A DNA stretch of 64,000 nt from Spirochaetia bacterium (GCA_965198005.1 CBDAOI010000004.1:1312001-1376000); one strand, 5' to 3'; counted from the first letter of the stretch, positions 38,585 through 49,428 are shown. Notes: a model not told the origin generated them from the sequence alone. Numbers and translations: made by a program.

Positions 38585-39910
38585 TCAGCCCGAAGCGCCG
38601 GCGGCGGGGGCCGCACCGGATGCGGCCGCGGCGCCGCCCGCCGCCGCGCCCTCGCGGGCCGGCGCGCGCCAGCCCCGGGCGGCGCTGAACGCGCCGGTCG
38701 CCAGCAGCTCGGCGATCCGCGCGTCGTCGTAGCCCAGAACCTCGGCCAGCACTTCGCGGGTGTGCTGCCCGAGCCGCGGCGGCGCGGTGAACGCGTCGGG
38801 GCCGGCCGCGGACAGCTTGATCGGGTTGCCGGGCGCCCGGTAGGTGCCGCCGCCGGGCAGCGGCATCTCCGCTACCATGTGGCGCGCCGCCACCTGCGGG
38901 TCGGCCAGCGCCTCCTCCAGCGTGTTGACCGGCGCGAACGGCAGCCGCTCCGCGGCCAGCACCTCCATCCATTGTTCGCGCGGCCGGGTGGCGAGGATGG
39001 CGCTCATGGCCGCATTGATCGCCGCCCGCGCGCGGGTGCGGTTGAGCCGTTCCCGCAGCCGGGCGTCGGCGAGCGCCTCCAGGTACGCGCGCACCTCAGG
39101 CGGATGGTCGAGGGTCCCCAGCGCGCGCAGCAGGCCGCTCCACTGCGCGTCGGTCACCACCGTCACGAACAGCGGGCCGCTGGCGGTGCGGTACGCGTTG
39201 TACGGCACGTGCAGCTCATGCTCGTTGCCGAGCCGCCGCGTCGGCCGCCCGGAGGCCAGATGCATGGTGCAGAAGTAGTTCTGCATCGAGAGCTGCACGT
39301 CGAGCATCGACAGGTCGACGTGCTGGCCGCGGCCGGTGCGCTCGCGGCCGATCACCGCGGCCAGAATCCCCAGCGCGCCGGCCATTCCCGCGCACATGTC
39401 CCCGTACGCCGGCCCCGGGCGCACCGGCATCCCGCGCGGCTCTCCGGTTACGCTCATGATGCCCGCGTAGGCCTGAATGTTGGCATCGAACGCGGCCCGA
39501 TCCTTGCCCGGACCGGTCAGTCCGTAGCCGGTGATGGAGCACACGATGACGCGCGGGTTGAGGGCGGCGAGCGCCGGGTAGTCGATGCCCAGCCGCCCGG
39601 TCACGCCGGGGCGATAGTTCTCCATCACCACGTCGGCCCAACGCACCAGGTCGGCGAACGCCGCCTTGCCGGCGGGATGCTTCAGGTCGATCACGATACT
39701 GCGCTTGTTGCGCTGGTTGGTGAGGATATGCGGCGCCAGTCCGTCGGGATTGTGCCGCGGCTCGTCGGTGACCAGGGCGCGGGCCGCATCGCCGGACGGC
39801 GGCTCGACCTTGATCACGTCGGCCCCAAGGTCGGCCAGCAGCGCGGTGGAGTAGGGGCCGGCCAGGACCGTGGACAGGTCGATCAGGCGCAGCCCGGCCA
39901 GCGGTTTCAA
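38585..39910 (-). CDS. Family III CoA-transferase
   Basis: PLAGLRLIDL, LGADVIKVE, RNKRSI, ENYRPG; TTG start overlaps the MaoC stop. Confidence 0.9.
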   Translation of the reverse strand: MKPLAGLRLIDLSTVLAGPYSTALLADLGADVIKVEPPSGDAARALVTDEPRHNPDGLAPHILTNQRNKRSIVIDLKHPAGKAAFADLVRWADVVMENYRPGVTGRLGIDYPALAALNPRVIVCSITGYGLTGPGKDRAAFDANIQAYAGIMSVTGEPRGMPVRPGPAYGDMCAGMAGALGILAAVIGRERTGRGQHVDLSMLDVQLSMQNYFCTMHLASGRPTRRLGNEHELHVPYNAYRTASGPLFVTVVTDAQWSGLLRALGTLDHPPEVRAYLEALADARLRERLNRTRARAAINAAMSAILATRPREQWMEVLAAERLPFAPVNTLEEALADPQVAARHMVAEMPLPGGGTYRAPGNPIKLSAAGPDAFTAPPRLGQHTREVLAEVLGYDDARIAELLATGAFSAARGWRAPAREGAAAGGAAAASGAAPAAGASG

Positions 39911-40458
39911 GATGACGGCGTCAGTGCTGTTTTCGGTTCCGGAAACGAGGCGGCCTGGGGCGAGGCCCCGCGCCTGTAGATCAGCGCGCTGCGGGTGTAG
40001 TCGATCACCACGTCGCCGGTCTGGTTGATGCCGCGCGACCGGAACCGCACGATGCCCGCTTCCGGATAGGACTTCGAGTCCCGCCGCGCGACGATCTCGG
40101 TCTCGCAGTACAGCGTGTCCCCCAGGAACACCGGATTGGGCAGCTTGATCTCCTCCCACCCCAGATTGGCCATGGCGTGCTCGGTGACGTCGTTCACGCT
40201 CATGCCGGTGATCAGCGCGAGGGTGAAGGTGCTGTTGACCAGGATCCGCCCCCAGCGCGAGTTGCCGGCGTAGTGGGCATCGAAGTGCAGCGCGTTGGTG
40301 TTGTGGGTCAGGTGGGTGAACAGCGCGTTGTCGGCCTCGGTCACGGTATGCCCGAACCGGCTGCGGTAGACGTCGCCCACGGCCAGGCCCTCGTAGAACC
40401 GGCCGGTCCAGCCGGGGCTTACCGGTTGTTCTGCATTGCTCATGTCGTTGGTGCTCAT
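39907..40458 (-). CDS. MaoC-family dehydratase
   Basis: GRFYEGLAVG, TVTEADN, NALHFD, NSTFTL, PVFLGDTL. Confidence 0.9.
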   Translation of the reverse strand: MSTNDMSNAEQPVSPGWTGRFYEGLAVGDVYRSRFGHTVTEADNALFTHLTHNTNALHFDAHYAGNSRWGRILVNSTFTLALITGMSVNDVTEHAMANLGWEEIKLPNPVFLGDTLYCETEIVARRDSKSYPEAGIVRFRSRGINQTGDVVIDYTRSALIYRRGASPQAASFPEPKTALTPSS

Positions 40459-40656
40459 GTCGATGCGTTCAGTGTATCCGCGCTCGGTCAGGTTGTCAGC
40501 CGGCGGCGTGCAGGCGCTGTTCGGCGCCGGCCGCGGCGGCTGATTCACCAGGCACCTCAGGCCCTCAGGCGCTGGTCTACCGGCGCCGGTACGTGGTACG
40601 TGTTTACCCGCCGTGTGCTCCGCGCGAGCGAGACGGGCACGGCGCAGGAGAATTTG

Positions 40657-42405
40657 ATGCAACCCAGCGCAACGCGCCCCACCACCCGCCCGTTCACCGG
40701 CAACCCGTCGCAGGTGCTGGTCGAGCAGCTCGCCGCCCTCGGCGTGCGCTACGTGTTCAACAATACCGGCTCCCACGAGGCGCCCTTTTTCGACGCGCTC
40801 TACGGCAACCCCGACATCCACGGCATTCTCGGCCTGCATGAAGGGGTCGTGACCGGCATGGCGGGCGGCTACAGCCAGGTCAACAAGGACCCGGCGGTGA
40901 TGATTCCCCACCTGGACTGCGGCCTCGGACAGTCGCTCGGCCAGATGCTCAACATCTACAACGCCAAGTTGCCGGTGGTCGTCCTGACCTTTGCGGCCGA
41001 CACCGGCAGCGCGGCGGACAAACGGGGGTTCGGCCACCACCTCGACCACAATTTCGGCCCCACCTACCTCACCGCGCCGTTCGTCAAGGCGAGCTGGACG
41101 GTAATCGACACGGACGGGGTCGCGCACGCCGCCTACCGCGCGTTGCTCACCGCCATGACCCCGCCGGTGGGTCCGGTCCACGTCGCCATCCACGAGGACG
41201 GGCTGAGCCGCGAGGCAGGCGACGCGACCATCGCCACCGGCCCCCTGCCGGAGTTGCGCGCCGGGTATCCCGCCGACGCCGACGTGGAGCTGGTGGTGCG
41301 CGCGCTGACCGCGGCACAGCGGCCGCTGCTGTTCGTGGGCGACGGCATCTGGAAGAGCGACGCGGTCGCCCTGCTCGACCGCTTCGCCGAACAGGTCGGC
41401 GCGCGGATCAACGAAAACGACCAGTTTCGGCGCTTCGTGCAGACCAATCATCCGCTCGGCTGCCAGGACCTGCCGGGGCTCGACCCCGACCTGGTGGTGG
41501 CGATCGGGGTCCGCCAGTTCGCGTTTGCCCGGTCGCAGGCGACCTACCGCGCGTTTCCCAACGCGCGGGTGATCGCCATCGGCGCCGACGTCGACAACCT
41601 GACCAACTTCGAGGGGCTCTGGCACGCGATCGTGGCCGACGAGCAGCGGACGCTGCAGCGCCTGCTGGAGGCGGTGGAGCAGTCGCCCGGCGGTGCCGGA
41701 CAGTTCGATGAGCGGCGCCGGGCGGCCCTGGCGGCGGCCGCGGCCGAGCACCGCACCCGGCTCGACGTGTTCCGCAACGAGCGGCCGCAGCCGGACAGCG
41801 TGCGGCCGTGGGTCCTGGCAGACGAGTTGCACGGCGCGCTGGAGAGCATCGGCGGCGGCCTGGTATCGATGGAGAACTTCGCGCTGAAGGGCTGTCTGGC
41901 CGGCCTGCAGCGCGCGGGGCGGACGGTCTACCTGCCGCCGGCCGGCGGCTCGGAGGGATACGGGATGGGGGCCGCGATCGGGGTCAAGCTGGCCGCCCCC
42001 GACCAGCCGGTCATCGGTCTGGTGGGAGACGGCTCGGTGTACTACGGCGACACCGCGTTCTGGACCGCCGCCCACCACCACGTGCCGGTGCTCTACGTGA
42101 TTCCCAACAACGGCGGGTACGGCGTGGTCAGCCAGAACTTCGCCGGACGCCTCGGCGGCGGCGCCATGGACACCGCGGGCGAGTGGGCCGGGGTGGTGCT
42201 GGACAAGATCGATCTGGTCGCCGTGGCGGATGCCTACGGCGTAGAGGGCCGCGAGATCCGCGAAGAACGTGAGCTGCAGGTGGCGCTCGACTACGGCCTG
42301 AAGGTGGTGGAGCAGGAGGGCCGGCCGTTCGTGCTCGACGTGCGGCTGCCGGGGTTCCTGCCGGCCGGCCACCGCCCGGCCGCGCCCTTCCGGTTGCGCG
42401 ACTGA
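40657..42405 (+). CDS. Thiamine-diphosphate enzyme (benzoylformate decarboxylase-like)
   Basis: NTGSHE, LHE, GDGS...NNGGY; SD AGGAG. Confidence 0.85.
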   Translation: MQPSATRPTTRPFTGNPSQVLVEQLAALGVRYVFNNTGSHEAPFFDALYGNPDIHGILGLHEGVVTGMAGGYSQVNKDPAVMIPHLDCGLGQSLGQMLNIYNAKLPVVVLTFAADTGSAADKRGFGHHLDHNFGPTYLTAPFVKASWTVIDTDGVAHAAYRALLTAMTPPVGPVHVAIHEDGLSREAGDATIATGPLPELRAGYPADADVELVVRALTAAQRPLLFVGDGIWKSDAVALLDRFAEQVGARINENDQFRRFVQTNHPLGCQDLPGLDPDLVVAIGVRQFAFARSQATYRAFPNARVIAIGADVDNLTNFEGLWHAIVADEQRTLQRLLEAVEQSPGGAGQFDERRRAALAAAAAEHRTRLDVFRNERPQPDSVRPWVLADELHGALESIGGGLVSMENFALKGCLAGLQRAGRTVYLPPAGGSEGYGMGAAIGVKLAAPDQPVIGLVGDGSVYYGDTAFWTAAHHHVPVLYVIPNNGGYGVVSQNFAGRLGGGAMDTAGEWAGVVLDKIDLVAVADAYGVEGREIREERELQVALDYGLKVVEQEGRPFVLDVRLPGFLPAGHRPAAPFRLRD

Positions 42406-42411
42406 CCGCGG

Positions 42412-43242
42412 TCAGCGGCGCCCGCCGCCGATCATGATGGTCTCGCCCGTGACGTAGTCGCTGAGGTCGGTGGCCAGAAACTCGACCACCTTGGCGCAAT
42501 CTTCGATCGTCCCTTCGCGCCGGAGCGGCAGGCGGTCCGCCATCTCGCTGCGGTCGCCGAGCCGGCCGGTGCGGATCACGGCCGGGGCGATTGCGTTGAC
42601 GTTGACGTTGTACGGGCCGAACTCGAGCGCCAGCTCCTGCGTGTAGTGGATGATGGCCGCCTTGGCGGTGCCGTAGGGATGGCGGTCGACCACGGTCCCG
42701 ACGCCGTTGGCGGACGACACCGTGATGATCTTCCCCGCGCGCTGCCGTTTCATGTAGGGCGCGACCGCCATGCAGGTGTAGATGCAGGTCATGAGATTGT
42801 TGTCGAGCACGCGGGTGAGCGCCTCCTGCGTGCAGTTCGACGCGGTCTCGGTCGAGTTGACGTCGGGCGCGGCCGCACCTTCCGCCGTGGGCCGGCGTTC
42901 GTCGGAGAAGGTGATGGTCCCGCCCCCGGCGTTGCAGACCGCGACGTCGATGCGCCCCAGCGTGGCGGCCACCCGGTCCACGGCCGCGGTGGTCTGCTCG
43001 CGGTCGGTCAGGTCGACCTCGATCTCCAGCGCGCGGACGCCGAGCGCCCGGCACTCCGCGACCACCGAATCCGCGGTCATCCGGGCGCGTTCGAAGTCGT
43101 ACACGTGCGCCCCGCGCAGGTTGCGGTCCAGAATGGCGATGTCGGCGCCCAGCCCCGCCAGGCGCAGCGCGTAGCCCCGCCCGAGCCCGCGCGCGCCGCC
43201 GGTGATCAGCGCCACCTTGCCGGCCAGCTTCGGTCCGCTCAC
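42412..43242 (-). CDS. Short-chain dehydrogenase/reductase
   Basis: TGGARGLG, NAG, YGTAK, VNAIAP. Confidence 0.9.
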   Translation of the reverse strand: MSGPKLAGKVALITGGARGLGRGYALRLAGLGADIAILDRNLRGAHVYDFERARMTADSVVAECRALGVRALEIEVDLTDREQTTAAVDRVAATLGRIDVAVCNAGGGTITFSDERRPTAEGAAAPDVNSTETASNCTQEALTRVLDNNLMTCIYTCMAVAPYMKRQRAGKIITVSSANGVGTVVDRHPYGTAKAAIIHYTQELALEFGPYNVNVNAIAPAVIRTGRLGDRSEMADRLPLRREGTIEDCAKVVEFLATDLSDYVTGETIMIGGGRR

Positions 43243-44297
43243 GCGCTCTCTCCCGGGATCAGCAGCACCTTGGCCGCCTGTTTCTGCAGCGCGAGCCGGA
43301 ACCCGTCCTCGGCCCGCCCCAGCGGCAGGCGGTGGGTGATGATCGGCTCCACGTCCAGGCGGCCGGCGGCCAGCAGCCGTAGCGCCCGCGTCCAGGTGGC
43401 GGCGTCGCCCGTCCCGTAGCCGTACGCGCTGACCAGGTTCTTTCTGGCCCGCACCATGGGCGTCGGATCGATCGCGGCCGGCGCGCCGTAGATCCCCAGC
43501 AGCACCACCTGCCCGCCGCGCTTGACCAGTTCGATGCTCTGCTGGATCGCCGGCGGGCTGCCGGTAGCTTCGAACACCAAGTCGAAGCCGCCACCGTTGA
43601 GACTGGCGGCGCGCGCGGCCAGGGCCGCCCCGGCGTCGGCGTCCACCTCCATCACCCCATCCGCCCCGAGGCGCTCGGCGAGGCCCAGGCGCACGCCGTC
43701 CGCGGCCGTGCCGGCCACCACGATCAGGCCGGCGCCGGCGGCGCGCAGCAGCGCCGTGGTCAGCAGCCCGATCGGCCCGGGGCCGAGCACCGCCGCCGTC
43801 TGCCCCACGCGCAGCCCCGATACGTCGATGGCGTTCAGGCAGATGCAGAGCGGTTCCATCATCGCGGCGGCGGCCGCACTCACCTCCGGCGGCAGCTTGA
43901 ACACCTGCGCAGCCGCCGTCAGCCGCCCGTACTCGGCAAAGAACCCGTCCGACCTGATGCCCGGCCCCAGCATGGCGCCGCACCGGTCGCCGCGCCCGGC
44001 GCGGCAGTCGGGGCAGGTTCCGCACGCCATCGTCGGCGGCGCGCAGATCCGGTCCCCGACCTGCACCGTCGTCACGCCCCTGCCTACCTCGACCACCTCC
44101 CCGGAGAACTCGTGGCCGAGGATCACCGGCACGCGCACGATTTCGGAGCCGCGCGTCCACTGGTAGTAGTGCACGTCGCTCCCGCAGATGCCGGCCGCGG
44201 CCACTTTCACCAGGATGTCGCCGTCGCCCACCGCCGGGACGCCGACCTCGCGCACCTCGATGCCCGGCGCCTGCCTGACCTTCATGACCGCTTGCAT
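43239..44297 (-). CDS. Zn-dependent alcohol/sugar-alcohol dehydrogenase
   Basis: GICGSD, GHEFSG, CGTCPDC, GPGPIG. Confidence 0.9.
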   Translation of the reverse strand: MQAVMKVRQAPGIEVREVGVPAVGDGDILVKVAAAGICGSDVHYYQWTRGSEIVRVPVILGHEFSGEVVEVGRGVTTVQVGDRICAPPTMACGTCPDCRAGRGDRCGAMLGPGIRSDGFFAEYGRLTAAAQVFKLPPEVSAAAAAMMEPLCICLNAIDVSGLRVGQTAAVLGPGPIGLLTTALLRAAGAGLIVVAGTAADGVRLGLAERLGADGVMEVDADAGAALAARAASLNGGGFDLVFEATGSPPAIQQSIELVKRGGQVVLLGIYGAPAAIDPTPMVRARKNLVSAYGYGTGDAATWTRALRLLAAGRLDVEPIITHRLPLGRAEDGFRLALQKQAAKVLLIPGESA

Positions 44298-44504
44298 GAC
44301 CGGCCCAGTATAGCCTAGCGGGCGCCGCGTGCGCCGCGTGGCCGTCCGCTCGCCGTCCCTTCCCATCCCCATCCCTTTCCATGCAGCGCACGATCTTCTA
44401 CCATTGGTTGGCGTGTGGTTGGCGTGGCGTGCATGGCGTGGCCGCGGCGGGCGCCCACGTCGGCCGTGCGCGCCGGCCCCGAGTCAGACCCATCGCATAC
44501 CGGC

Positions 44505-45431
44505 ATGAACATCGAAGTTTTCATACTTGGCACCGGCGGCATGATGCCGCTGCCCGGACGGGGGCTCACCTCGGTTCTGGTGCGGCGCGAGGGCGACCTG
44601 TTCCTGTTCGATTGCGGCGAAGGTACGCAGGTCGCGTTTCGCCGGCTGAATCTCCGCTGGAAGCGGATCACCCACATTTTCATCTCCCATACCCACGCCG
44701 ACCACGTCACCGGGTTGCCGGGCATCCTCTCGCTCTCCTCGCAGGTGGAGCGCACCGAGCCGCTACACGTCTACGGCCCGCCCAAGGTGCGCGCCTACCT
44801 CGAGCAGAGCCTGCGGGTGCTGGACATCTACATCAACTACGAGATCGTGATTCACGAGACGCTTGACAGCGGTCCCCTGGTGACCGGGGACGGCTATCAG
44901 GTGCACGCCTACCGGCTGCGCCACTCCAAGCCGTGTCTGGGCTACGCGCTGGTGGAAAATGAGCGGCCGGGGGTGTTCTTTCCCGAACGCGCGCAGGCGC
45001 TCGGCGTGCCGCGCGGGCCGCTGTGGGGACAGCTCCAGGGCGGGGCGACCGTTACCCTGGCGGATGGCATGGAGGTGCACTCCGCCCAGGTGATGGGGGA
45101 CAAGCGGCGCGGGCGCAAGTTCGCGTTCGTCACCGATACCGCCATGGTGCCCGGCCTCGACCGGTTCGTGGCGGGCGCCGATCTCATGATCTGCGAGGGG
45201 ATGTTCGCCCAGGACCTGCAGGAGAGCGCGCGCGACAAGAAGCATCTCACCGCGCGCCAAGCGGGGGCGTTGGCGCGGTCGGGCGCGGTCGGCCGCATGG
45301 GCCTGATCCACTACAGCCCGCGCTACACGGAGCGCGATCTCAAGCTGCTGCTGCGCGAGGCTCGGGCGGAATTCGGCGGTGCGTTTCTGACGCGCGACCT
45401 GCAGCGGATCGCGATTCCGTTTCGTGATTGA
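44505..45431 (+). CDS. rnz: Ribonuclease Z
   Basis: LGTGG, DCGEGTQ, SHTHADH, GP-rich exosite arm, TDT, HLT, HYSPRY. Confidence 0.92.
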   Translation: MNIEVFILGTGGMMPLPGRGLTSVLVRREGDLFLFDCGEGTQVAFRRLNLRWKRITHIFISHTHADHVTGLPGILSLSSQVERTEPLHVYGPPKVRAYLEQSLRVLDIYINYEIVIHETLDSGPLVTGDGYQVHAYRLRHSKPCLGYALVENERPGVFFPERAQALGVPRGPLWGQLQGGATVTLADGMEVHSAQVMGDKRRGRKFAFVTDTAMVPGLDRFVAGADLMICEGMFAQDLQESARDKKHLTARQAGALARSGAVGRMGLIHYSPRYTERDLKLLLREARAEFGGAFLTRDLQRIAIPFRD

Positions 45432-45461
45432 TCGACACGGGGCGCGGGTCTGCCCGGGGGT

Positions 45462-46616
45462 TCAGGCGTCGGCGGTTTGCTGCAGCTCGCGGAACCGAAC
45501 CGGGTCGACCCGGAACCCGACCAGGTGGTCGCCGCCGCGTGCCATGGCGCGCCCGAGCGCGCGTTCGGTTTCCAGCACCAGCCGTTCCCCGCCGAGCAGG
45601 CGTCCGCACCGGTCGGCAATTCCCACTGCCACGGTCAGGCCGGAGTTGTCGTTCGCGTGCCCGCGCCAGTCATCCATCAGCGCGAGCGCCCGGTCGAGAT
45701 CGGTCTCGGGCAGAATCAGGGCAAATCCGGCGGCGCCGTACTGAAACGCGAGGTCGGGGGCCGGCGCCACCTCGCGCAGCAGCGCGGCCAGACGCTCCGA
45801 GCTGTCATCGGTGGTGGCGCGCACGGCGGTGAGCACTCCCAGCACCAGACTGAGGTCGTGGTCGTAGGCCGCCGCGCGTCCCAGTTCGCCGTCGAGTCGG
45901 TCCAGGAACATCTCCTGCGGTTCGAGGCCGAAGGCGGCCGGTTCGGGGTCGGGATCGGCGTGCGCGGGCGATTCCGCCGCCGCCGCTTCCCGGCGCGGGG
46001 CGAAGTCCGCGCCCACGGCTGACGCTGCTGCCGTGTCCGGCCACGGTGCGGCGGCCGTCCGGCGCAGCAGCGGCGCGAGGATGAGGATCAGCAGCAGGGC
46101 GATGGCGCAGGCCAGCAGGAACGCCAGCACCAGGAACAGCGCGTCGCGCAGCATGTAGAATCCCTGCTCGCGTCCCACCAGTTGGTAGGAGGCGGTCAGC
46201 GTCGCGGTCGGGTCGCCGGAAAACGGTGCGGAGAAGGTGCCGTGCAGGCCCCGTTTGCGGAGCGCCAGCGGGGCACCGGTTGCGGCATCCGACTCGATCA
46301 GGTCGCGCTCGACCGCGAACGCGTAGCGGACCCCTTCGGGGCCGTGAATGATCAGCCCTGCAAGCCCCGTTTCCGCCTTGTTGGCCAACGTCGCCGTGGC
46401 CGCCAGAAAGTGGGCCGACCTGACCGTCCGCTCGGCCAGGAACGCGCTGCCGAGTTCCTGATTCAATACCTCGAAGTCTATCGCGCTGGTGCGCTCGCCG
46501 CGTTCGAGGGATACGAGGAGCCGGACCGCCAGCAGCCCCACGAGGACCACCACGAACCCGGCCCCGGCGATCGCGAACAGGCGAACGACGAACGTCCGGT
46601 GAGAGCTAAGGAGCAT
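45462..46616 (-). CDS. Membrane protein with degenerate GGDEF-like domain
   Basis: Two TM segments, then RLDGELGRAAAYDHDLSL...FALILPETD...GIADRCGR. Confidence 0.65.
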   Translation of the reverse strand: MLLSSHRTFVVRLFAIAGAGFVVVLVGLLAVRLLVSLERGERTSAIDFEVLNQELGSAFLAERTVRSAHFLAATATLANKAETGLAGLIIHGPEGVRYAFAVERDLIESDAATGAPLALRKRGLHGTFSAPFSGDPTATLTASYQLVGREQGFYMLRDALFLVLAFLLACAIALLLILILAPLLRRTAAAPWPDTAAASAVGADFAPRREAAAAESPAHADPDPEPAAFGLEPQEMFLDRLDGELGRAAAYDHDLSLVLGVLTAVRATTDDSSERLAALLREVAPAPDLAFQYGAAGFALILPETDLDRALALMDDWRGHANDNSGLTVAVGIADRCGRLLGGERLVLETERALGRAMARGGDHLVGFRVDPVRFRELQQTADA

Positions 46617-46666
46617 GGCTGCTATGATTGTCGACCATCTGCGGCCACCTCTGGAGTGACGCCAAC

Positions 46667-47533
46667 CTAATCCTCCAGGTTCAACCGGTTGAACAGCCGT
46701 TTGTAGGTCGCGAAGTGCTCCGACTGGGCGAATTCTTCGATCTTGTCCTCGGGCAGCGAGTCCAGGAGCTGATCCAGATAGAGCAGCACGGACCGCATGT
46801 CCTGCTGGAGGTCGTCGGGGACTTCGCCGTTGGTGGGCGCCTCCGGCGGCGCGGCGTCGCCGGGCGGCTGCACCGGCTGCACCGGCTGTGCCCGCGGCGG
46901 CCGCGGTGGCGGCTCGTCGTCCACCGGCTCCAGGGAAATCGCGGTCGGCACGCGGTCGGCGTCGTCCGCCGCCGGCGGCAACTCGGGTTCGGCGACCGCC
47001 GGGCCCGCCACTTCGGCCGCCGCCGGCTCCGGCGCTGGTTCGGCGACCGCGGCCGGCGCAGCCGCGACGCCCGAACTGCGCAGGTCGGCCAGTTCCTGCT
47101 TGAGATCCGACAGTTCCACCATGATCGCCAGCAGGTCGCGTTCCAGCTTGGCCACCGCGTCGGAGGTCGCCGGTGCTGACGCGGCAGGCGCGGCCGGTGG
47201 GTCGGCCGTTGCGGGCGTGGACGGTTCGGCCTCGTCCTCCAGTTGGCTCAACAACGCCTCCTCTTCCTCGCTGAGCAGGCTGATCGTGGGCTCGTCCGAT
47301 TCCGGCTCGGATTCCGGATCCGCGCCCGGATCGACCGGCGTGTCCCATTCCGCCTGCGGTGTGCCGCCGGGCTCCGCGACGGCCGGCTCTGCGACGGCGG
47401 GCTCGAGCATCACCCAGTTGCCGTAGGCCTCAAGGTTGTCGCCACCGGATCCGGTGCCTTTGGTCGCGGCGGCCGCGGCGCGTTGAGAAAAGCGCCGGCG
47501 GCCACGGAGATCGGTCAGTTTGTCGAACGCCAT
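46667..47533 (-). CDS. Acidic low-complexity hypothetical protein (spirochaete-type C-terminus)
   Basis: Ends SVLLYLDQLLDSLPEDKIEEFAQSEHFATYKRLF. Confidence 0.65.
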   Translation of the reverse strand: MAFDKLTDLRGRRRFSQRAAAAATKGTGSGGDNLEAYGNWVMLEPAVAEPAVAEPGGTPQAEWDTPVDPGADPESEPESDEPTISLLSEEEEALLSQLEDEAEPSTPATADPPAAPAASAPATSDAVAKLERDLLAIMVELSDLKQELADLRSSGVAAAPAAVAEPAPEPAAAEVAGPAVAEPELPPAADDADRVPTAISLEPVDDEPPPRPPRAQPVQPVQPPGDAAPPEAPTNGEVPDDLQQDMRSVLLYLDQLLDSLPEDKIEEFAQSEHFATYKRLFNRLNLED

Positions 47534-47852
47534 AGCCATCCTGCCGGGGAACCGGTGGCACACTCACCGAGGCGGGTCGCCGCCGGCCTGGGGTTTTCGT
47601 TCTCTATAAGTATCGGCCGCTGACCGCCACAGCTTACCCCGTCCCTTCACTCCGCGGTGACCGTGCGGCTGCTGGCTGGTGTCCGTCGATGCGCGGCATG
47701 TTATCATCGAAACGACCAGCAGTCCGACGACGGGCGCGGCCTGATCGTCGGAGCGGCCTGGACCCTGCCGCACAACTGATGCAACGGGCACCGGATCGCG
47801 CGCCTGAGCTGGTGCCGGCGGGCGCCTGCAAGTCAATGGAGGGTAGAGAACG

Positions 47853-48884
47853 ATGCTGAAGAGTGTTCAGCTTGGGGGCCGGAGCGGCCTGAGAGTGTCA
47901 CAGTTGGGCCTGGGCACCATGAACTTCGGCGAGCCCGGCCGGGGCCACCAGGGGGACTGGACCCTCGATCCGGATCAGGCCAGGCCGATCTTCAAGAGCG
48001 CGATCGACAACGGTCTGTTCTATTTCGATTGTGCCGACGCCTACGGTCTGGGCGCCTGTGAAACGGTGGTTGGCCGACTCCTCAAGGAGCTGCTGCCCCG
48101 GGACGAGTACGTGTTGCAGACCAAGGTCTCCATGTCGACGGGTCCGGGGGCCAATCAGGGCGGCCTGTCGCGCAAGCACGTCATGGAGGGGGTGGACGCC
48201 TGCCTCCGGCGGTTGGGGCACGACTACATCGACGTGTTGGTGATCCACCGTCATCCGCATGGGGTCCCGGGCCACGTGGCGGTGCCGATCGAGGAGACGC
48301 TGGAGGCGCTGCACGACCTGGTGCGCGCCGGCAAGGTGCTGTACCTGGGCGGCTCGACGATGTTTGCCTGGCAGTTCGCGGAGCTGCAGCTCACCGCCCA
48401 GCTCCACGGTTGGACCAGGTTCGTGACCATGCAGAACCACTACAACCTGATCTACCGGGAAGAAGAGCGGGAGATGAATCCGTACTGCGTCAAGACCGAC
48501 GTTGCGCTCACGCCCTGGTCGCCGCTGGCGCGCGGCGTGCTGACCGGCTCCTACCGCGGCGGATTCGATCAAGGGTCCACCGCCCGCTCGCGGGGGCGGG
48601 ATCGGGTGCGTACCGAAGGGCTGTATCGCGGCCGGCAGGATTTCCGGATCGCCGAGCGGGTAGGGGAGGTGGCGCGCAAATACGGCATCTCGCGCGCTCA
48701 GGTCTGCATCGCCTGGCTCCTGGGCAAGCCCGGAATCGTCGCTCCCACCGTCGGCGTCTCGCAAGTGGCGCAGATCGAAGACCTGGTCGCCGGAACCGCC
48801 CTCACGCTCGCTCCCGAAGACCTCGCCTACCTGGAGGAGCTGTACGAGCCGCTGGTCAATCTGCTGTCGATCGGCACCTCTTGA
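47853..48884 (+). CDS. Aldo/keto reductase
   Basis: LGLGTMNF, FDCADAY, QTK, MQNHYNL, PWSPLARG. Confidence 0.92.
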   Translation: MLKSVQLGGRSGLRVSQLGLGTMNFGEPGRGHQGDWTLDPDQARPIFKSAIDNGLFYFDCADAYGLGACETVVGRLLKELLPRDEYVLQTKVSMSTGPGANQGGLSRKHVMEGVDACLRRLGHDYIDVLVIHRHPHGVPGHVAVPIEETLEALHDLVRAGKVLYLGGSTMFAWQFAELQLTAQLHGWTRFVTMQNHYNLIYREEEREMNPYCVKTDVALTPWSPLARGVLTGSYRGGFDQGSTARSRGRDRVRTEGLYRGRQDFRIAERVGEVARKYGISRAQVCIAWLLGKPGIVAPTVGVSQVAQIEDLVAGTALTLAPEDLAYLEELYEPLVNLLSIGTS

Positions 48885-49099
48885 GCCCCGGAGTGGGATA
48901 ATGCCCTTGGCTGCGCAGATCGTCGATCAGCACGTATCCGGCATCATCGAGCGGCACTCGGATGACTTCGGAGTCGACGCACTGTACTTCCGACCGCCGG
49001 ATGACCACCTCCGGGTACGCCCTCTGGCGGCCTGTACTGCAACTCCCGGCGGATTTCATCGGTATTCCGCGATTGTCGAAACAGGTTTTCCATGCGGTG

Positions 49100-49428
49100 T
49101 CGAACGATGTCGCGAACGACACGGGGGTGACTGAGCGCTCTTGAGGTCGCAATCGTATTGACGAAACGGTCGAGGAGCGAAAGGAGGCCGTCGTCACCGC
49201 TGTTCAGCATTTGCCGAGGGGCAGTTCCGAAATCAGGCAGTTTGGTGTCCAGCCACTCTTCTCCATGGTCGTTTCCCACGGCGGGAATCCAGGCGGCGGC
49301 GTGTCGCGCGGCCCATCAGGCTTCTCGAACAGGCGCGTCAGTCGCTGCTTGATTGCTTCCGGAGCAGGACGAGGTGTCACCTCGATCATTGTCGGCGTCG
49401 TCTCTTGCTTGGACCTTGCGGCCATCAC
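49100..49428 (-). pseudogene. Possible Xre/MbcA-type antitoxin remnant
   Basis: Frameshifted; EEWLDTKLPDFGTAPRQML resembles the MbcA/ParS C-terminal domain. Confidence 0.3.

Noticed and set aside
39907-42372. 821-aa MaoC fusion; likewise the 688-aa ORF at 21377 and 659-aa ORF at 42412
   Set aside because: The N-terminal extensions overlap other real genes; the true starts are internal (40458, 22226, 43242).
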